Shown: piece after piece, positions 58,212 to 64,000 of the stretch
How the letters are laid out: each line of letters opens with the position of its first letter
Numbering within the stretch: position 1 is the stretch's first letter
NCBI RefSeq assembly: GCF_963853765.1
Contig: NC_088855.1
Span: forward strand, 42,780,001 to 42,844,000
Direction of reading: 5' to 3'
Length of the DNA: 64,000 nucleotides
Source: Magallana gigas
Taxonomy: Eukaryota
The notes under the pieces: model-generated
Database searches by the model: none
Told to the model about the DNA's origin: nothing
What the model saw: only the letters and a program-made list of their open reading frames with translations
Position numbers and translations under genes: made by a program

Positions 58212-61200
58212 ATGTCTCAAGCCAAATTCCTGTTTCAAGTCTTCCTCGTAACGCTGCTTCTCGTGAGTTACACGTTTTGCAAGGAGGGATTTTGGAGGAA
58301 AAGGCGGAGTCCCACCAACAAGATGGCGACCCTCGACCGTCTGAAAAGGTTTGCTAGTGGAGACCGGTTGAAGGAGTACGAGGAGCAGGCTGAACCGTCC
58401 TACGGATATAATCCGGTAACTATAACACTACACGGTTAAATATTTTGTGGAATCATTTTGTTTTCGTGGTGGTCAATGTTCGTGGGTAGCCAAAATTTTC
58501 CTGGTTCGTGGGGACGTAATTACGTTAGTAATGTAATCAGATAATTCTAATATACATTTAATAACAAACGATGTGTATAGGTTTGTGGGGATCTAAATTC
58601 GTGGACAAGGGTTACAATCCACGAAAATTAGTTTCCCACGAACAATGATGATTCCACCGTACTCTTTGTATAGAAAAAGGCACAGGTGTAAAAGGTTATG
58701 CTTGTCCACCTCGAGTCTCCAAAGAGATTCATGATAGCTACGACTGACTACTTCTCTAAAGACTTCTTGAATGCTATGCCTGTCCACTCCTCTACAGAGT
58801 TTCGTAAAAGTTATGCCTGTCAACTTCTCTTTAAAAAAAATATATAAGCTATGCCTGTACACGTCTATTAGAGAAAGCCATCATATCTGTCCATTTCTGT
58901 CCATCATATCTGTCCATTTCTGTCCATCATATGTCCATTTCTCTAAAGAGACTCGTGAGGGCTATATTTTTCTACCTCTGTAAAGAGTTTCGTAAAGGCT
59001 AAGACCTAAGCCTGTATACTTCTCCGCAGGTTTTCATGATAGCCATGCCTGTCCACTTCTACTGAACGAGACTTAACTGTGTTTTTTAGCGGGCACTATG
59101 ATTAAGTGGCACTAAACTAATAAGTATCAATAAAAATATAATTTTTTGATTCGAGTTTTTTTTTTACATGTACTAAGTCAAATTAATCTGCACACATTTA
59201 AGTGCGTATTAAATGCAATATACAAGCTAATCTAAAATATACCTTTAACAAAATAACACCTTCCTTTCGGACACTTTCAGGGCCTTTCTCCAACACTGAC
59301 TTGTCGCCACAACGTCACTACATACTCTCAGTCTCGCTTTGTTAGTCATTGTTTTTTATCTCCCGGATTTGGTTCAGATTCAACATCCGTCATAATTTTA
59401 GTGTTGTCAGGAAATGTTGATTTTCCATACGGTGCATTGGCGGATCCAGGGGTAGGGGGTTCCGGGGGTCTGACCCCCCCCCCCTTTTACTTTGAGACAT
59501 GATTTTTTTTTTGTTCAAAAGGCTATTATGTTTATTTATAGGCGATTTTCCCATCTATAATTTTAATTCTATAATTATTTAAAATAAATGCTTAAAAAAT
59601 TGCTTATTTAAAGAGGTTCATACATCGGACCGTAATTTATTTCTTATGAAAAATCTATCGAAGTAAAGTACTCCCCTTCAGCATCTGGGTTTTACTTCAC
59701 TGAGTAAACATGTGGAAAATAAAAAAAAACAACATATATTTAAGCAGTCTCACTTTAAACCCACAGATTTATGACAACACCCAGAAGGTATTTTTTTCCA
59801 TTTCTTAAAGAAAATACATTGTTTTGAACTGACGAGCCAGAAATCTACGTGATCGAGTAAAACGACGTTCGCAAATGAGTACACGCATTCTTCTTAATTA
59901 AGAATCTATTAGAGCTGGATGATGTAGCGCACCCATTACAGACGTCACTTTAAGTTCCAGGGGGCGACAATTGCTTGTTCCATCTACATGTATTTAGCAG
60001 AGAAATTACCCCCCCCCCCCCTTTTTTTGTGTGTCATATACGATCAAATTTCAAAGAGATAAAAACAAATTACAAACAAATTCCATTGCTATAATAGTTT
60101 TTCGTAATTAGTCTGAATTATTTTTTGTTACTTAGGTGACCGTGGGCTTTTTCTGTTAAGCATAGACGAACGTTTTCATTGCTGGAGACTTGAAAATGTG
60201 CAAATCTTCTTGGCGAAAATCAAAACGCTCAACATTGAAAAAAAAGGACTTGCCTTAATGCACTGCACTCTGATGTTAAAATAGATAGTGGCGAGGTAAA
60301 TGTGTGTTGAATTTTACTCACCAAAACGTTTTAAAAAGTTCCTGTTTTCACGAATATTGAATTTTACACGTACTGAGATTCACCGATTGGACCCCCTTTC
60401 CGTATTGCTGGATCCGCCTCTGCACGGTGCATGGGGCGCGTGGCTCAATGCCTTGCATTATTTTGGCGTTTTACCTATGCACCGAGTGTCTTGGGATTTC
60501 AGCGGAGGACTCAGTGGTGTTGGTCGTTTTATCGTCCAATGATATCTTAGGCTTATAACTGTCTGTACTTGGATAAAGCATCATACACATATACCTGTAT
60601 TTAATACTGTGGTTATGGAATGTGATGTGCATTACAGTGGTAACCATATATAAACATAATGGTAACCATCTGGCTGTACAAATAGTTCACAGCATACAGT
60701 ATATGTTAATTAAATTGTCGTAACATGTATTCGGACTTCTACTTCCTTATATATACATGTAACTAACGTAATATACACATAAACTCGTCACGTTTCAATG
60801 TCTTTCTGCTTAGTTTGATTTATCAGTTACATGTAACTGAAATGACAATTTCGTATTTGCAGTCACTTACTAGTATATTTCGTCATATCCACGTAAAAAA
60901 AAATATGGAATAAGAATACGTATCTATAACGCACTAAAACATTATAATCACATAAATTATGTATTTATTTAAAGTTTTTTTTTCTATTTTTAGATATAGA
61001 TGTGACAGATGTACTATGTATTCTATTTCAGGGGCAATATCTTATAAAGTCTGTTTTTTTTTCACTTGGATTGGTCAGTCATAGCACATCGAACACACCA
61101 GCCTCAATTTCGATTCAACTATGCCCCTCTTCTATTCTTTTTTTTCAACAACCTCCTCAATCACACTAACTTCTCTAACAAACTACATGTTTTCTAAAAT

Positions 61201-61500
61201 TAAACTTTTTTCAGATTTTCTTGTGGTGAAATTCTTACCTTTACAACTTTTTTTTGTAAAATTGATGGTATATATCTGTTACCAATTAGGGTTAAGGATG
61301 GGGACACGAATTTTTAAAAGAAATTCTTGTTTATTAGTTTTTTTTATTGTGTAAAGTTAAACTTTTAGTCAAAATCAAAATGCATGTATGCTTTTCGTTA
61401 GTTTTGGAATAATAAAATGTTGATTTTGTTTTGTTCTAAGGGAAATCGAGTGTTTCACAATTTCTACTACAGAAGACCTGATGTATCACAAAAGTCATAG
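58212..61500 (+). CDS. Candidate secreted prepro-peptide, 87 aa, two coding exons
   Basis: Acceptor at 58196-58197, then exon 58212-58415: MSQAKFLFQVFLVTLLLVSYTFC (signal-like) KEGFWRKRRSPTNKMATLDRLKRFASGDRLKEYEEQAEPSYGYNP, donor CCG|GTAACT. Probable last exon 61441-61500 (GNRVFHNFYYRRPDVSQKS*) after a long pyrimidine tract, with AATAAA at ~61576. The first coding exon is well supported; the last exon is a best guess. Confidence 0.6.
58441..58661. mobile_element. MITE (TGTGGAATCAT...ATGATTCCACCGTA) just after the peptide-gene donor
   Basis: Inverted ends and internal TTCGTGG/CCACGAA repeats. Confidence 0.65.
58692..59070. repeat. Degenerate ~35-40-bp minisatellite with an internal 21-bp repeat in three copies
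   Basis: Recurring GCTATGCCTGTCCACTTCTCT..AGAG motif; CCATCATATCTGTCCATTTCT occurs about three times at ~58878-58942. Confidence 0.7.
59435..60422. mobile_element. hAT-like non-autonomous element in the peptide-gene intron
   Basis: CATTGGCGGATCCAG ... CTGGATCCGCCTCTG ends. Direct repeat ACGGTGCA at 59429-59436 and 60424-60431, overlapping the left TIR, so TSD length is 7-8 bp. Confidence 0.65.
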
Positions 61501-62486
61501 ACGAGAGTTTGTATGGATGCTGGTAAACATAGAATCATGTCATCCATGTGAGGACCTGTTTTAAAATGAATTATAATAAAGTTCTCATGAAGAAGTATTA
61601 TTTTTTTATTTACAAACCAACGTCAGCTAGAAAGTTTAGAATTAGTTTATCCCGAGTTGAATTCTGAGCAAAATTGAATTCCATCAATAAATAAGAATTA
61701 TTTCATCCCCAAGCTTTTTAATTTCTCAAAACATTTATTGATATAAAATCGCAGTTTGTGGTTAACTTGGCCCCTCAGAAACTGTCAAACGAGGCCTCAT
61801 TGGGAAAGGTGTATATCCAAATATCTTTGTCTCATCGATATCGGTATTTATTCATTATGTACATGCATACATGTATTATAAATAAACGATCAATTGATCC
61901 GCGTTTAAATCATCAACGATTCAGATATCACATAACCAGGCTAAAGAAAACTCGTGAAGAACAATTGATGGTATTCTTCTTTTTCCTTTATTCCGAACTG
62001 TTTTATGTAACAACTGGAGAGAGACAAATATACAAAGACTTCACAAACAAAAAACTTAAAATTACAATTAAAAGTATTTATATATTTATGTTTGTTTTAC
62101 ACAATCCGTTTAAAACAAATGTTCAGGAAAAATTTAAAATCTTCAAGTACTCACATCATATGATGTTACTCAATTGGAAACAATTTATATGAAGAGGCAG
62201 AACACATGAATTCATTTGGGAAACCTCTATAACAGGGAATGTTCTATTTCAGTTTTTATAATAAATTTACTCAGTAAAATTTGTCAAAGTTTACATGATT
62301 AACAATTGGTTTAAATTCTATTCTAACATACAAGTAAACATTAGCATTTACATGAATAATTAGCAACATTTACATAATTGTATTGTTAACAATGAAACAA
62401 TGAAAAAGAATTGAGGAATCTGAACATGTCAAAATTTTCTCATTTCTATTCATCCAACATTTACAATACATATGCATACATTATCT

Positions 62487-62712
62487 TGTGGAATTTATGG
62501 GATTATTATGTTGCTTCTAGGGAAATTTTGCTATTATCTTTAAATTATTCAATGTAATATATTTCACAACATTTTGTATTGTAATCCAAATATTAAGTTA
62601 TGTGGAATTTATGGGACTATTGTTGCTTCTAGGAAAATTTTGCTATTATTTTTAGATTATTCAATGTAATATTTTTCACAGCATTTGGTATTGTAAATCA
62701 GAATATTAAGTT
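62487..62712. repeat. Tandem duplication of a ~114-bp unit, probably in the ZFTRAF1 3' UTR
   Basis: TGTGGAATTTATGGGA..GTTGCTTCTAGG.AAATTTTGCTATTAT...AATATTAAGTT begins at 62487 and again at 62601. Confidence 0.85.
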
Positions 62713-63782
62713 TTATAAAAGGTAAAAAAAAAAAGATAAGCATGGTCATTCTATTTACTCCTCATCTCAAATAATATGTGTACAGTAAGCAGTTAATGCA
62801 AAACAAGTGTATATCTAATAATATTTTAGAAACCTGCAATACTCTCCATGATTTTTTAAAAGGGAAAGCTTTGATAATATTTTGGATTTTACATTTTAGT
62901 TCAAAACAAAATGGATATTATTAAATAGACAAATGCAATTCTACCAAAATAATCCACCCCAACCTACGATTGTATTTTATGAAGTTCAGAGGGAGCAAGT
63001 AGCATGACAATGGTGTAGTTCAATACAAATGGAAATGGAATTCTCTTCTATCACTTCTATGATAATAAATATACGTGAACAAAAACAGAAAACAAAACAA
63101 GGAAAGGTTAAACTTCCACCAAAAAAACAAACAAACAAGAAATCTGTTGACATGTCAACTTAACTTACATTACTGTTAACACAAATATACGTACATGTAT
63201 GTGTATTATATTTGTTATTTCCTATTGAAAACTGAAACTACCTTATACTTGTATGCAATCTAATGGCAAAAAGATGCATACATGTATTATTCACTAATAG
63301 GTTATGCTATTTACACGCAAGTACAGAAAATAAATTCTGCATCCGCAATTAAATTTAAAAAAGGCTTACCCGTTTGTCTTACCTATACAGTACATAGTAC
63401 ATATACAAAAAGCGAAATGATGACCAATGAAGATAGCGAAAATATTTCTTAATTTTTAAAAAAAAGTATGACAAACTCTTAAAAGCTCTATTTAAAATAA
63501 CACAAGGATAAATTCCATTTTATGATGACTAAAAATCGAATTACTTATTCTTAATATTGACTAGATAATTTTGAGTATAAAATTTTCACTATGAAATTCT
63601 CACATTTTTTTAAAAATTCAAATCTATTGGTACTCATATCATACATCATCAGATAATATGTAATACTTCTAGTTCATATATTTCAAAGTGAATTTTAAGG
63701 TACATGAACTAGAACAACAAGAGATTCCAGTATATGTATCAGTACTGTAATGGTTATATCTTCTGATCACAAGTGTTAGGAA

Positions 63783-64000
63783 TCACTGTAAATGGACCAT
63801 GATAACTCTCAAATTAATGGTCTTGGAGGCAAGCAGCTTGTTGCACTCTAATGAACTGACAATGGGAAGATCGAAATACTCAGTCTCCACATTTTCCGGT
63901 GAGAACTCAAACATGTAGATTGCTGGGTTGACCTTCATGTCTCCGTATGGGCCCTTGAGTGCTATGAACTTCAGCTGAATGGGATTGGTGACCTTGCCCT
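63783..64000 (-). CDS. ZFTRAF1: Zinc finger TRAF-type-containing protein 1 (CYHR1), C-terminal coding end; gene extends past the right edge
   Basis: GKVTNPIQLKFIALKGPYGDMKVNPAIYMFEFSPENVETEYFDLPIVSSLECNKLLASKTINLRVIMVHLQ* matches the CYHR1 C-terminus (LLKGPYDDVRISPVIYHF...ECNKLLAAKNINLRLFLFQ). Confidence 0.9.
   Translation of the reverse strand, partial: GKVTNPIQLKFIALKGPYGDMKVNPAIYMFEFSPENVETEYFDLPIVSSLECNKLLASKTINLRVIMVHLQ

Noticed and set aside
60990-61200. Alternative last exon for the peptide gene after TTCTATTTCAG (61031)
   Set aside because: It translates to low-complexity Phe/Ser/Leu-rich sequence; the 61441-61500 exon has a better pyrimidine tract and a nearby AATAAA. Not fully excluded.
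61758-62192. 144-aa plus-strand ORF
   Set aside because: GTG start, composition typical of AT-rich non-coding DNA, and probably antisense to the ZFTRAF1 3' UTR.

Overview
AT-rich eukaryotic genomic DNA with spliceosomal GT-AG introns. The repeat landscape (Helentron-type satellite-carrying elements, TTAA/TA/TAA MITEs, GA microsatellites) suggests a bivalve, probably an oyster; the species is inferred, not proven. I reconstructed nine genes by hand from splice sites and reading-frame phase: mitochondrial RBFA (minus, runs off the left edge), TCF25 (plus, 17 exons, start codon only 91 bp from RBFA's), an orphan 239-aa basic protein (minus), GINS3 (minus), a secreted beta-lactamase-fold protein with five C-terminal ~50-aa repeats (minus), RBIS/C8orf59 (plus), an alpha-1,2-fucosyltransferase (minus), a candidate 87-aa prepro-peptide (plus) and the last exon of ZFTRAF1/CYHR1 (minus, runs off the right edge). 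Introns and intergenic DNA hold many non-autonomous transposons, several nested. The most notable observations are: the bacterial-type beta-lactamase/tandem-repeat protein with degenerate catalytic motifs; two unrelated TIR elements inserted precisely at AAA|TTT with no target duplication (Spy-like), each with an empty-site control inside this window; several unrelated palindromic elements sharing a C-GAA-G hairpin apex; and a Helentron-like element that replaced the upstream part of a TCF25 splice acceptor. There are two assembly gaps. I found no rRNA, tRNA or CRISPR array. Gene names come from recalled similarity to vertebrate orthologues, not from database searches.
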